DNA of 64,000 bases from Eledone cirrhosa (Eukaryota). The DNA lies in assembly GCA_964016885.1 (NCBI GenBank), contig OZ024742.1, positions 232,562,001-232,626,000 of the forward strand, in the 5' to 3' direction. Under the pieces are notes generated by a model. It saw only the letters and a list, made by a program, of their open reading frames with translations. It searched no databases and was not told the origin of the DNA. Position numbers and translations under genes: made by a program. Shown here piece after piece: positions 1-13,552 of the stretch (within the stretch, counting starts at the first letter, position 1; every line of letters starts with the position of its first letter).

Positions 1-760
1 ATGTAGAAAACAAGTCATTTTCACCAACAGTGGAGTTAACTTAAATGAAAATATAGGTGGCCCTTAAAAGGGCCAAATTAGAAAACAAATTTATGGTTAT
101 CAAATTTTTTTCACCACCCTTTATGAAGAAATGTTTAGAAAACAAATTTTTTTCAATTTTATTCAAAAGCATGGATACAGTTCCCGTGGAGATTGATGGT
201 ATCTGCTGTAGTAGCGGTAGCGATGGAAAGATCGCGATGGTTAATTCCATTAACAATTTGGCCCTGAATTAACTGAATTAAAATTATGGCACTACAACGC
301 TATTAGCTGTCAGTCCAGTGGAAAACAGGCGAAGGTGACGTCACTCGTCAACATCGTTTATTTCCGTATTATACCCACGCGTAAGTGGAGTTTTCACGCG
401 TTTTTTTGAGAGAGAGAGAGGGAAGAGGAGAGATAGGGAAGAGAGAGAGAGAGGGGGAAGAGAGAGAGAGAGAGAAGGAAGACATAAAAGGGCCAAATTA
501 GAAAACAAATAGAAAACAAGTCATGGTTATAAAGTATATCGATGTAAGTGGAGTTACTTAAATGAAAATATAGGTGGCCCTTAAAAGGGCCAAATTAGAA
601 AACAAATTTAAGTTAATTAGAAAACAAGTCATGGTTATCAATGTAGTAAACAAGTCATTCATAAATTTAAGTTTTATAATCAAATTTTTTTCACCAACAA
701 ATATGACAGCTAATAGCTTTGTAGTGCCCGCAATTCTGTATCTTTACGTATATTGCGCAT
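1..760 (+). mobile_element. Non-autonomous repeat with internal duplications, probably Helitron-derived
   Basis: AAAAGGGCCAAATTAGAAAACAAAT occurs three times. An inverted relative at 33970-34175 ends in CTAGT on the - strand. Confidence 0.45.
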
Positions 761-765
761 AGATA

Positions 766-1030
766 CGAGGGTTGACAAAGATACTCTCATGGAATGTGAC
801 CAAATGAGGTTTATTTTTCAACATAGTCTCCCTTGCGTTCCACACACTTCTTCCATCGGTGTTGCAGTACTGAGATCAATGTTTTCCTCGGTAGTGGCAG
901 TTGTAGGACGTCCAGACATTGGGTCATCTTCAAGAATCCCCTATCCTTTCCTAAATTCGGCTGCCCACTTTTGCACAAAGGAAAATTGTGGTACAATATT
1001 GTAAGGTCTGCTTATAGCGTTATTCTTTCA
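766..1030 (-). mobile_element. Degenerate Tc1/mariner fragment
   Basis: TA-CGAGGGTTG terminus; - strand reads VQKWAAEF...EDDPMSGRPTTATTEENI, the same family as 63169-64000. Confidence 0.75.
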
Positions 1031-1730
1031 AAAATGAAGGTCCACATTTCGTCGACTTCAATACATTGTATTACATTTTATTGTATTGTAAACATTAACT
1101 TTTATGGACATTTTATTACAAAATTTCAATTTAGTTCGATTTTTTGGAATTTATTTAACAAACATGGAAAAATAAGAAAAAGAATAAAATAAAAAATAAT
1201 TTGATTGCCTTTAATAAAGAAGATAGAGTGGAACTGATTTCCAGGTCATACTAATGAAACAAGGTTTTTTCCATTACTGATATTATCTGTCTGCCGCAAG
1301 TCCTGGTAGAAGATGCTACACGAACTAAAGTATTTTACTGAAGGACGCAACATGCTGCAGGATCGAAGAAACGAGCACATGACTTTATAATGGTTAGTCC
1401 AGTACCGTAACCCCTAAGGCATCTGCCTTCACAGAGGAAAGGTAAATCATATTATAACAGATTAGATGGGTACTATGTTAGATATTACTATGTGTCATAT
1501 TATACCAAAGAGGAAGTGTGCTGTATAATAAACATTGATATCAGGTTGATTCAATAACTACCCGGTCCCAAATATGAACCCATGAACTTATGGTCGTCAG
1601 TCAAACACTTTAACCATTGTATGTATGTATGTATACACGTATGGATGGATGGATGGATGTATGTGTGTATGTGTGTATACATGTATGTATGGATGGATGT
1701 ATGCATGTATGTATACATGTATATATGTAA

Positions 1731-2353
1731 GTTGGTGCTACTGGTAACATGTATCTCAGTACAACCTGTCTCATGGTCGGGTCGTTGGCGACTAAACTGG
1801 CAACCCCACCAAGGTTTCTTGGTGAGGATGGTAACTTTGGACATCCTGCAGGACTAAAAACAAAACCTGTCAAAGGGCAAAGGAGCTCTTAAGAGTCAAT
1901 GGCCATCCAAAATCACCGGGAGAGATGACCCCTTAGCCTTTGTCAAGGCAGAATTCTAGGAGAAGGAAAACTCTGATATAACACCTGCAACTCTGATGGT
2001 ATCCAATGATGTTGACTTGTTCTTCTTTTTGGTAAATATCATCTTGGTTAAGAGAGTGGGACTAGCTTTGTGCAGTGCCTTTGCTCACTATAAAAGCTTC
2101 ACGGCACAGGCATTGCTTTATATCTGGAGATCTCTCTGCACTTGTCGTCACATGGTACCATGGGCCCAGCACTATGTGTCAATAATTGTCACAAGTGTAG
2201 TGTTTGTACCAGAGTTTCCAAGTCGCTGGCTGGACTAAAAAGTCACACTTGTTCAGCGCATCGGTAGGGGTTCTCCTACATGGATATAAAGTAGTGGCCG
2301 TACTCGAAAACGAGTTGGCAGCCACCATATATGTAAGTATGTATGCGTGTATG
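1731..2353 (+). mobile_element. Non-autonomous RTE-related element, copy A
   Basis: Homologous to 4961-5530; ends GCAGCCACCAT followed by (ATGT)n, like the adjacent RTE tail. Confidence 0.65.
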
Positions 2354-2409
2354 AGAACAACTGGAAGGACTTCAGGAGCTCGGTCTATAAGGCTTCAGCA
2401 GAGGTCCTT

Positions 2410-4960
2410 GGCTTTGTCACAAGAAAACAAGGACTGGTTTGATGAGAATGACCAGGAGGTCAAGGCTCTGCTAGACCGAAAACAAAAGGCACTTGATGCA
2501 GTTCTTAAAGGTGGTAGCTCTGTTGGTGACAATTATGAGCGTTACAGACAGGTAAAGAAGGAAGTGCAGGTGAAACTCAGGGCTATGCAAAATACCTGAT
2601 GGTGCAACAAAGCAAATGAAGTTCAAGTGGCATCTGACGGCAACAATGTGAAACTGCCGCACTTTCTACTCACAGAGGTGTATGGCCCTTTCAGCTCTCC
2701 AGTGGCCCTTTTGAGATCGAAAGATGGCAAGCAATTACTGCGCGACCCAAAAGACACTCGACAGATAGAGAGATCATTTTGATGAGCTCTTAAATCAGCC
2801 ATCCCAGGTTGATGATGATTTCATTTGTTCCATTCCTATTGAACCAGTGAAGCATATGAGATGGCTAATGTATCTTCTCTTGCAGAGGGGACTTCTGTTG
2901 TGCATAAGCTGAACTGTGGTAAGTCTCCTGGTATGGATGGTCTGAGTGGAGCGGTTTTGAAGTGTGGTGGTGAAAACTTCACGCAGCGCCTGACTGACCT
3001 CATGAAAAAGGTGTGGGAAGATGAGAATGTCCCACAAGAAGGATGCGCTCATGGTGATATTCTCCATAAAGGAAAGGACGGCAAGGACAAATGTGGAAAT
3101 TATCATGTCATATCCCTTCTTTCAGTAGTTGGTAAAGTTGTGTCGAATATTGATGGATAGATTGATCCGAAGAGTTGCTCTGAATGTGTTGCCTGAGTCG
3201 CAGTGTGGGTTCAGAAACGAAAGAGGAACAGTGGATATGATCGTTTCTGCTCGGCAGCTGCAAGAAAAGTGTATCGAACAATGTATGGACCCTTACCAGG
3301 TCTTTGTTGACTTGACAAAGGCCTTTGACACTGCCAATCGAACTGCGTTGTGGGAAAAAAATCCAAGGTAGGGTAGAAGATTCTGCATCTTTTCCATGAT
3401 GACATGAAAGCTTTGGTCAGTATTGGTGGTAGCATCTCTGAACCAATATCAGTTGAAAATGGAGTGAAGCAGGGGAACATTCCGGCTCCAACTCTGTTTT
3501 CCTTATATTTTACGATAGTGTTTCTCATGGCATTCAAATATTGTTCTCATGGGGTTTACATCAGGTATCGCACTTCAGGAAGGTTGTTCAACACCAGGCG
3601 CTTTGGTACAAGCACAAAGGTATTAACATCTATAATCCGAGAGTTTTTGTATGCAGACGACTGCGATCTTTTTGCACACTCACAAAGTGACATGCAGCAT
3701 ATTATGAACTCTTTTTCTGCAGCTTGCAGCACTTTGGGCGTCACAATAAGCTTGGAAAAGATTGTTGTGATATATCAGCCAGTACCTGGAAACGAGTACA
3801 CTGCACCAAGTGTGTACGTGTACGGAAAGAGGCTAAAAGTTGCTGACAAGTTTGTTTACCTTGGTAGTACGTTGAACACTTCATGCACACATGATAATGA
3901 AATATCCTTAAGATCAAGAAAGCCAGTGATGCTTTTGGACGGCTGGCTGCATCAATGTTTATGGTCCAGACGAGGTATCACTATCGAAACCAAGGTGAAA
4001 GTGTATCTGACTTGTGTCGTCTCCTCTTTACTTTATGTTTGTGAAACGTGGGTCATATACAGAAAGCACCTCAAGGATCTGGAGAGATTTCACCAACAAT
4101 CTCTTCATAAGTTACTTGGGGTGTGGTGGAAAATGTTCGCCAGTGATTTGGAAGTTCTAGAACGGAGCAGGTGCGTGACTATAGAGAGCATAATCTTTCG
4201 GAATCGGTTGACGTGGTGCAGTCACGTGGTCCGGATGTCTGATGATCGTTTTCCAAAGCAACTTCTCTATGGAGAACTGTGTGAAGGAAGGCGACCACCA
4301 CATAAACCAAAAAGGCGGTACCGGGACTGTATCAGGGACACCTTGGCTTGTGCTGGAATTTCATCTGACGAATGGGAGAAAATGGCTGACGAGCATGTAA
4401 AGTGGAGACGTTTGATCAAGTCAGGTGGTGAACACTTTGAAACTCGTCAGAGAGAACACCTAACACTGAAAAGGAAGGTGAGGATTGAGACTGTTCTGAA
4501 CTGCCTGCTGTTGAACATCATCTGGTTTGTCAGCACTGTGGTTGAGTCAGCCTGAGCAAAGCTGGTTTGATTAGACATGAACAAAGTCATATCAGTAGAC
4601 CACATGTAGATCATGATCTGAAAAGGTGTAAGAAATGTACAAGCATGGGAGGTCTTAAAAGATACATGTGAACATACAGCCAGAACAAAGCAATGGAAGG
4701 TTTCGGGGGAGCCTAAAGTTGCCATGTGTGTGCCAGAGGGTGCAAGTATTTGGCTGGTTTAAAGAGTCACATTTGTGCTTCACATTTTTGAACATTTTAT
4801 CGGGCGATGGCAATACTTGAACACGAGGTTGCAGCCATCATGTAGTATGTATGTATGTATGTATGTATGTATGTATGTATGTATGTATGTATGTATGTAT
4901 GTATGTAGTATGTATGTATGTATGTATGTATGTATGTATGTATGTATGTATGTATGTATG
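2410..4960 (+). mobile_element. 5'-truncated, frameshifted RTE-clade LINE (RT pseudogene) with (ATGT)n tail
   Basis: DWFDEND, KSPGMDG, LPESQCGFR, FVDLTKAFD, GVKQG, LYADD, FVYLGS, PKQLLYGEL spread over several frames. Confidence 0.93.
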
Positions 4961-5530
4961 TCGGGTCACTCTTGACTGCTATTGGTAACATGTAACCCAG
5001 TACAACCTGTCGCATGGTTGGGTCGTCGGTGACTAAACCAGCAACCCCACCAAGTTTACTTGGTGAAGAGGGTGATTTTGGACACCCTGCAGGACAAAAA
5101 ACAAAACCTGACAAAGGGCGGAAGATCTCATAAGAGTCAACGGCCATCCAAAAGTGTGTAAATATGTATATACACATGTACATATGTATGTATATGTATA
5201 TGTGTATATACATGGGTGCATGTGTATGTACATGCGCGGGGACATAGAAATAATCGGGCTGGACACCCGATTGCGTGGTTAAACCACTGGGAGTGAAGGA
5301 CCCCTAGCCTTTGTCAGGGCATTCTTCTAGGAGAAGGCAACTCAGGAAACTGGGATAACTCCGATATAAAACCAGAGAGTGGGATTGGCTCAGTGCACAG
5401 TCTTTCCTCATTAAAAAAATATCTTCATGCACAGGCATTGCACGATAGAATTAATTAATAATTATTAATAATGGTATATCGTGCAATGATAACGAGGGGG
5501 CAGCCATCATGTATGCATGCATGCGTGTAT
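4961..5530 (+). mobile_element. Non-autonomous RTE-related element, copy B
   Basis: Homologous to 1731-2353; ends GCAGCCATCATGTATG. Confidence 0.65.
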
Positions 5531-5721
5531 GTGTGTGTGTTTGAGTGTGTGCGTGTGTGTATATATATATATATATATATGTGCATGTGGGTGTATATAT
5601 ATATCTCCATATACATATTTATTCAGCTGATGTAGGCTGGATTGGTTGGAATATTCTGACGCGAATTCTTTCTGCTCTGTTAAATCGAAACAAATCTTGA
5701 CTTTTTATTTGAGGTTTTCTA

Positions 5722-6362
5722 TATAAGAGACCGGGAGACCATGTTGATACTATGAAGGCCATTTGTCCGAAGCCGCCTGGACTATTGCTCCCAGCTGTGG
5801 TCACCCCATAGTATCAAACTAACCACGGAACTTGAGACAATCCAACGAAGCTACACCAAGAGGATTGCACGATGAAGGAGATGAGCTACTGGGAGTGGCT
5901 AAAAGAACTGAAACTCTACTCCTTGGAACGAAGACGGGAGAGATACGTAGTGATATACATATGGAAAAACTTGGAGGGACTAGTGCCAAACTTTGGTATT
6001 GAGAACGGGACCAACCCCCGAACAGGACGTCACTGTGTGGTGACAAAGGTCCCGTGTTCCACATCTAGAACAAGAAGCAGATATTGCAATAGACTGGGGT
6101 TCAAAGGCCCTCAACTCTTCAACAAACTGCCGAGGGATTTGAGAGATCTACATGGTGTGGCCGTGGATATTTTCAAGAAACTTCTCGACACCCTGTTATC
6201 CAGGATCCCGGATGAGCCCACATCACGGTACGAAGGTAACCTAAGGGCAGCAGCAACGAACTCCCTCTTACATCAATGACCAGCCAACACAGGCTGGAGA
6301 TAGAATGTGTAGCAACAAGGGCAGTCCCCAATCATGGTCTCAGCCGGATGGAACAGCTAAAA
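5722..6362 (+). mobile_element. CR1-group LINE 3' fragment
   Basis: RLDYCSQLWSP...IQRSYTK...LKLYSLERRRERY..IYIWK..EGLVPN. A second fragment lies at ~13380-13550 on the - strand. Confidence 0.85.
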
Positions 6363-6806
6363 GAGTATATATATATATTTAATATAGAAATGGCTTCAAC
6401 AGGACTAGAACTGTTTCATTCGGAGGAAATCATCAGAAAAGCCGACTGTCAATGTAATATGGTGGTATTTATACATTTTCTGGTGGTAGGGGAGGGTAGT
6501 AAATTGATGCTAAGTAGACAAACACATACACACTGACGGGCACTCCTAATTTTCAAGATCCATTTATTCCAAACAAACAAAGGGTTTTCATTGAGTGGCA
6601 ATATTAAAATGATCTGCTAAAAGATATAAATATGTGTGTGTGTTTGTGTATGTGTGTGTGTGTTTGTGTATGTATATATATATATATATGTGTGTGTGTG
6701 TTTGTGTATATATATATATGTGTCTGTGTGTGTTTGTGTATATATATATATGTGTGTGTGTGTGTGCAAATTTCAATAATATTAAGACACCCTATAGTGA
6801 AAAGTT

Positions 6807-7015
6807 GACATCCAGAGTTGACATTGCACTCAGTGCTCCTTTGGGAGCCCCTACATGGACACACTAGAAGAGGAAGACCAAGGTTAACGTATGTTGATGC
6901 CCTAAGGACAGACACTGGTCTGTTGGGGGCGCAGGACATGGCAGCAATAATGAGGGACAGAGACCGCTGGAGAGAACTCGTCCATGGATCTCGGGAATTT
7001 TACCCGCCTTAGAAA
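6807..7015 (+). mobile_element. 5'-truncated RTE-type LINE end with 13-bp target-site duplication
   Basis: LWEPLHGHTRRGRPRLTYVD...DRDRWR; ATAGTGAAAAGTT at 6794-6806 and 7016-7028. Confidence 0.85.
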
Positions 7016-7816
7016 ATAGTGAAAAGTTTGGCCAATAAATGGAACAAGATTTTACGAACTCCTCCTATGGTTTTGGAGATAGATCCCCATAATCATATAT
7101 ATTCTGAAACTACATTGCCCAGGGTACTTGTATAAGTATATTTCATTTTAATCAAAGGGTTCATCGGGGGCACAGAACCGCCGCTGAAACTTTACCTTCG
7201 ATTTATATGAAATTTAAACCATAGGTAAATAACAAGATATGATGCCTATTCACAAAATTTCAGCAAATTTCAATAAAATTAAAATACCTTAATGAATGGG
7301 GGTTAAACCCCCTATTAGGGTTCACCAGGGGGCACAAAATCCCCGCTGAAAATGTTTTCGGTTCGATTTATATGCAATTTAAACCATAGATAAATGAAGA
7401 GATATGATGCCTATTCACAAAATTTCAATACTATAAGACACCTTAATGGTGGTTAAACCCTCTATTAGGGTTTCCCGGGGGGTACAAACCCCCGCTGAAA
7501 ACTTTTCCCTTTCGATTTATATAAAATTTAAACCATAGGTAAATGACAAGATATGATGCCTATTCACAAAAGTTTTCAATTGATATTTTGAAAAAAATTA
7601 TTTACAAGAAACAAAATAAGAATAAGATTTAATAATGCAATTTTGATTTGATATATTACAAAAAATGATGTTTTCCAATTTTTCATGCATTATATTTTAC
7701 ATTGAGCAATATTGAGTTTTTCTCCTTAAATTATATCACTGATTTAAAATCAATCATCATTTTCTTACAAAAAAAAAATGTGTGAAACGCAGCAAGGCGC
7801 TGGTAATTCGGCTAGT
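7016..7816 (+). mobile_element. Helitron-like non-autonomous element with three internal ~150-160 bp tandem units
   Basis: Units at ~7156-7570; 3' hairpin CAGC-AAGGC-GCTG followed by CTAGT. Confidence 0.6.
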
Positions 7817-7849
7817 ATATATTTATATGTGAGTGTGTGTATATATATG

Positions 7850-8815
7850 TGTGTGAGAGGTGTAGGTAGAAACTCCATCCTCTGCCCCATATGCAAACTA
7901 TGGGTACACAAGAGATGTAGTGGGATCTCAGGAAGTTTAGTTAAGAATGTAGGCTTTACATGTAGCAGTTGCACCAGGACAGTAAGCAGCAAACAATCAC
8001 TGAAAACAAGTGACATCAAAGTCTGGGAGGACTTGGTAAAAACAATACCGAATTAGTAGCGGAGGGGGGGGGGGTTCTGAAAGAACGGGATGGAAGAAGT
8101 TGAGGGAGCTACTGCCACAGCTGGATACAAAAGGCTTTTCCCTCAGAATAAAAGGCAGACTGTATGATGTGTGCATATGAACGGCAATGTTGCATGGTAG
8201 TGAGAGCTGGGCGCTGTGTGTAGAAGACTTGCGTAGATTAGAAAGGAATGAAGCTTGTATGCTCCGATGGATGTGTAATAGTAATATACGCGAACAGCAA
8301 AGCATAAACAAACTGAAAGATAAACTAGGCATAAGAGGAATCAAATGTTGTGTGCAGGAGAGGAGATTATGTTGGTATGGACATGTGATTCGTATGAAGG
8401 ATGACAGCTACATAAAGTCCCAGAAAGACTTGAGATGAAGTGATAAAAGCCGACCTTGCCCAATTGCACCTCTGAAAGGCAATGCCACAGGATCAAGATC
8501 TCTGGCATTATGAGGTAATACAGAAACCCCAACTTCCCACGGGCCCAGGCCAAGGCTGAAACATACATACAGTATGCACCACTCCATCCCACCCGCCAAT
8601 ATATCTTTCATGAGAACAGGCCGAAACACTGTAAAGTGGTCGTGATGGTGACACAGTAAAAAAACACCCAGTCCACACTGTACAGTAGTCGTGGAGGAAT
8701 CACAACAAAAAATACCCAGTACTCACTGTAAATGAGCTTGGCATTAGGAAGGGCATCCAGCTGTAGAAACCAAGCCAAAATCAGTTCTTTATGAGCAAGA
8801 CATGGTCACCTGACC
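7850..8815 (+). mobile_element. RTE LINE 3' fragment (PHD-like finger family) with 3' UTR
   Basis: GVGRNSILCPICKLWVHKRC, MLHGSESW, WYGHV; same family as 9451-13110. Confidence 0.88.
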
Positions 8816-8832
8816 TAACATTGCCAACAATA

Positions 8833-9218
8833 GAAGGTACATGGCTCAGTGTTAGAGCATTGGGCTTGCAATTGAAAGGTTGTGAGTTTAATTCTCGGAC
8901 TGGGTAACGTGTTGTTTCCTTGAGCAAGACACTTTATTTCACATTGCTCCAGTTTACTCAGCTGTATAAATGAGATGATAGGACTGGGGTCCCTATCATT
9001 CCACTGCAAAGTGGTCGTGGAGGTGCCACGGCAAAAAAAAAACAAAAAAAACACCCAGCACTCACTGTAAATGAGGTTGGTGTTAGGAAGGGCATCCAGC
9101 TGTAGAAATCAAGACAGAATCAGTTCCCGTATGAGCAAGAAAAGGTCAGCCGACTGGACACTGCCCACAACAGGACAACCCATGCTAGCGTAGAAGAACT
9201 GACATAAAATGATGATGA
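8833..9218 (+). mobile_element. tRNA-derived CORE-type SINE with RTE-derived tail
   Basis: A box TGGCTCAGTG, B box GAGTTTAATTC, CCTTGAGCAAGACACTT core, GGAAGGGCATCCAGCTGTAGAAA tail, (ATG)n end. Confidence 0.85.
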
Positions 9219-9450
9219 AATATAACAGAGTTTTATAGCTTGCTTGAAGCATTGATGAATAGGAAACACAAATTTAAATTTTGAAAACCAAGTTGAGGGC
9301 CTTTGAACCCCAGGCTATTGCAATAGCTGCTCCTGATTCTAGATGTAGAAGACGGGACCTTTGGTACCACACAGTGACGTCCTATTCGAGAATTGGTCCA
9401 GCTCTCAATGCGAAAGTTTGGTCTTAGTTCCCCCAGGATTTTCCATATGT

Positions 9451-12400
9451 ATCATCATCATCATCATCATCGTTTAACGTCCATCTTCCACGCTTGCATG
9501 GGTTTGGACGGGAGTTTTCCCACTTGAGGCAAGAGTGGTTGTCTTGCTCGCATAGGACAGTCTGGCGGGTTCTCTACGGCTGGATACCCTTCCTAACACC
9601 AACCACGTTTACAGTGTGGGTCTGGGAGGTTTTTACCGTGTTACCTACACGGCCACATTACAGTGTGGACTGTGTGTTTTTTTTGTCGTGACACCTACAC
9701 GACCTCATTTGTTTCGGACTGGATGTTGTGGTACCAACATAACTTTACATTGAAAGGGGTGGTGTGGATGGGGTGGGGGTAGTGGGACGGGGGGTGTATT
9801 TTTGTTAGAGGTGCCTACTGACAGTAGTAGGTTTCACTTTGTACTTAGGTAAGGCGGGTCTTCTGTATTACTGTGGAGCGCCAAAGATCTCGGTCCAGTG
9901 ACATTGTCTTGGAGAGGTGTAAGTGTGTGAGGTCGGAATTTATCAAGTCGTCCCAGGTTTTTCTGGGTCTGCCTATTCCGTGGCTACCGTCTATTTTTAT
10001 TGCCCTGCACCTTTTTATACAGCTGTCGTCTTTCATGCGCATCACGTGACCATACCAACGTAGTCTTCTCTCGAGTAAACAACATCTGATCCCTCTTATT
10101 TCTAATTTTTCCCTTAGTTCGTTTATGCTTTGCCGTTCACGTATATTACTATTACACATCCAGCGGAGCATATAAGCTTCGTTCCTCTCCAGTCTGCGTA
10201 TATCCTCTGCACACAATGCCCAGGTCTTACTGCCATGTAACATTGTTGTTCGTATGCAGGCATCATACAGCCTGCCTTTCATTTTTAGAGAGAACCCTTT
10301 AGCGGCTAATAGTGGTATAAGCTCTCTGAACTTTTTCCATCCAGTTCTGACTCTAGCTACTGTACTTTCAGAGCACCCTCCACCACTGCTGATTTTGTCA
10401 CCCAAGTAACGGAAGGTGTCCACTATTTCTATAGAACCATCCGTGCAATGGAATGAGCTAGTAGTCTGTGGGCACTTGCTGCTACTTATTGCACCAGAGC
10501 ACCGGCCACATATAAAATCTATATTCTTAGTTAGCTTACCTGTGATCCCACTACATCTTTTATGCACCCATACTTTGCATTTGGGACATAAAATGGAGTT
10601 TCTGCCTACTCCTTTCCTACACACTGAGCATGGCCATTTCCTGGATGGGACCGGTGCCCTATTTTCCTTCCTACAAACTAGAACTTTAGTCTTAGACAGG
10701 TTAATTTTAAAGCCTTTTGATTCTAGGCCATGCTTCCATGTTTGGAATTTCTTCTCTAGTTCAGCCATTGATTCAGCTATGAGCGTTAGATCATCTGCGT
10801 ATAGGAGTTCCCATGGGCAGCCGGTCTTGAACTCCACTGTTATAGCCTGAAGGGCAATAATAAATAGTAGGGGCTAAGAACGGAGCCCTGATGAACACCA
10901 ACTTTTACGCTAAACTCTTCACTATATTCGTTGTTAATTCTAACCTTGCTGTTTCTTTATACATGGCTTGTATAGCTCTCACAAGCCATTCATCAACACC
11001 TAGTTTTCTAAGAGCCCACCAGATAATGGAACGGGGGACTCTGTCAAAGGCTTTCTCCAAGTCGACATAAGCTAAGTATAGGGGTTTACTTTTATCTAGG
11101 TACTTCTCCTGTAGTTGTCGTACAATGAAAAGAGCGTCTGTGGTACTTTTACCTGACACAAACCCGAACTGCATTTCATCTAGATCAATTCTCTCTCTGA
11201 TTAGTTGCGCTATTACTTTTTCTGTGACCTTCATTACCTGGTCGATTAATTTAATGCCTCTATAGTTACCCCTATCTAGGGCATCTCCTTTACCCTTGTA
11301 GCAGTTAATGATGATGCTGCTACGCCAGTCCTTCGGAACAACCCCATTCTGTATGACTTGGTTTACTATCCGGGTGACCATGGTGTATCCCACCGTTCCA
11401 GAAGCATTCAGCATTTCAGCAACTATTTCCGAAGGCCCAACCGCCTTACCCGTCTTCATATTTTTGATTGCCTTACTTATTATACTACCTTCGACTAACA
11501 CTGCTGGTCCCTCTATTGGATCGATGTGGGGGAGACTGTCTTTCTCCCATTTATTCTCCTCATTTAGTAGCCTTTCGTAGTGACACTTCCAAACTACCTT
11601 CTTATCAGCGTCAGTGATGGCAAGTACACCATCATCATTAAGGACACACTTCTCCCCAACAATATCACGGTTTTCCTTGACACATTGCCTAGCAATCCTG
11701 AACACCTCACGTTTTTGGTCCTCGCGTTGTAGAACATGCTTGAACTTTCTTTCCTCTGCTTCCCTTCTTGCGAAGTACACTTGTCTCCTAGCTTCCCTCC
11801 TGGCCACTTGATAGTCTTCTCTACTTCCCCCATCCCGCCATACTTTCCAAGCCTTCTTTTTGGCCTTAATTGACTCCTCCACCTTACTGTTCCACCACCA
11901 CGTTACTCTCCTCCTGCCTATAAGCCTGCTCCAGCCACAGACTTCATCTGCCGCCATCAGCAGGTTTGCTTTCAGGAATTCCCACTGTTCCTCTATATTG
12001 TACGATTCTAATTGCTCTTCCTTACTGTCGAAAGCATCAAGTAATATGCTTTTAAATTTATTACTGGCTGTGTGGTCCTTTAGCTTCCATATTTTTCTCC
12101 TGAGCATAGTTCTCATCTGTTGTCGAGTACGTCTCGTCCTGACTATGAGGTCGCTAATTATGAGTCTATGTTGGGAGGTGCATTCTTCATGGGGGAGGGA
12201 TTTAGTGTTTACAACAGACACTCTGTCACGTCTTCTGGCAAGGATATAATCTACCTGGCTGGTATGTTCCCCTGATCTATAGGTGATCAAGTGATTGTCT
12301 CGTTTTTTGAAGTTAGTGTTACAGATAGTTATGTTATTTGCGTCACAGAATTCCAGGATTCTGGAGCCTTCCTCATTTCTAGTACCAAACCCATAGCCTC

Positions 12401-13110
12401 CATGGATTCCGTCATAGCCGTCACAATGTTGTCCAACGTGACCATTTAGGTCGCCAGCAATAATTATATAGTCACCGTCGGTTATTTGGGAGGTAGTGAG
12501 CATCAGTGTCTCATAGAATCTGTCTTTTATAGCGCCAGGCAGTCCGGATTGGGGTGCGTACGCAGATATTACTGTCACAGTAGTTCTATTTAGAACAAGT
12601 CTTAATTTAATTATTCTGTCATTCACTCTATTTACGTCTATTATCTTATCCACCATTTTTCTGCTAACATGATTCCTACCCCACCCAGCCCATTGTCATT
12701 TCCCACCCAGAAAAGTTTATAGCATCGTTTTTTACCCACAATGAATCTAGCAGCCCCCCCCCCCCCCCCAACACCTGGTCTCTTGGATACAGCAAACATC
12801 AACCTCCTTACGTTCAAGCATTTCTACAACCTCGTTAGAGCAGCCTTTTAAGGTGCCTACATTCATGGTACCAACTCTGAAGTTTTGGATTGCGTTTGGT
12901 GGGTGGGGAGCGGGGATGGGGGATGGGGTTGGGGTTATGTTGGCCATCCGCGGCCGAAACAAAGAGGAGGAGTCCTTGCCCTTTCGTCCGGCAGCATGAG
13001 GTGAATTTGTCGTTATCTTTGGCATTGTCTCCGAGTGTCCAGATTCTTCAGACTCTCCAGAAATTCCTTAGTCCATCCATCATATCGAAAAACAACCAGG
13101 AGAAGTGAGA
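9451..13110 (-). mobile_element. Near-full-length RTE LINE (AP endonuclease + RT + PHD-like finger), frameshifted
   Basis: MNVGTL, IQETR, SAYAPQ, GDLNGHVG, SQVDYIL, SQHR (endonuclease); NYRGIKL, QFGF, DLEKAFD, LYADD, FRYLG (RT); (GAT)n tail at 9451-9471. 5' end approximate. Confidence 0.95.
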
Positions 13111-13552
13111 GCATAGGCCGCTGACTTATGATTGGTCCAAATAATAATGGTGGAGAGTGGGGGCGGACGGGAGGGGTATGGGGTAGTTAGCGAGGAGAAG
13201 GTTTTAAATAAAGCAATAAACAGTAACAAGCGATATACTGGGATTTTAAAATGCACAAGATTATTTAGAACAGCCAGACAGAATTATAGAATAGCATTGG
13301 GAAGGTAGGATTGGATTCTGGGCGATTATACAGATATATGGATGGATGAACCGAAGGGTGGGGAGACAAGAAGAAAATGATATCATTGCATATCTCTCCC
13401 GTCTTCATTCTGAGGAGTAGAGTTTCAGTTCTTTTAGACTCTCCCAGTAATTTATCTCCTTCATCGTGGCAACCTTCTTGGTGTAGCTTCATTGGATTGC
13501 TTCAAGTTCCATGGTTAGTTTGATACTATGGAGTGACCAGAGCTGGGAGCAT

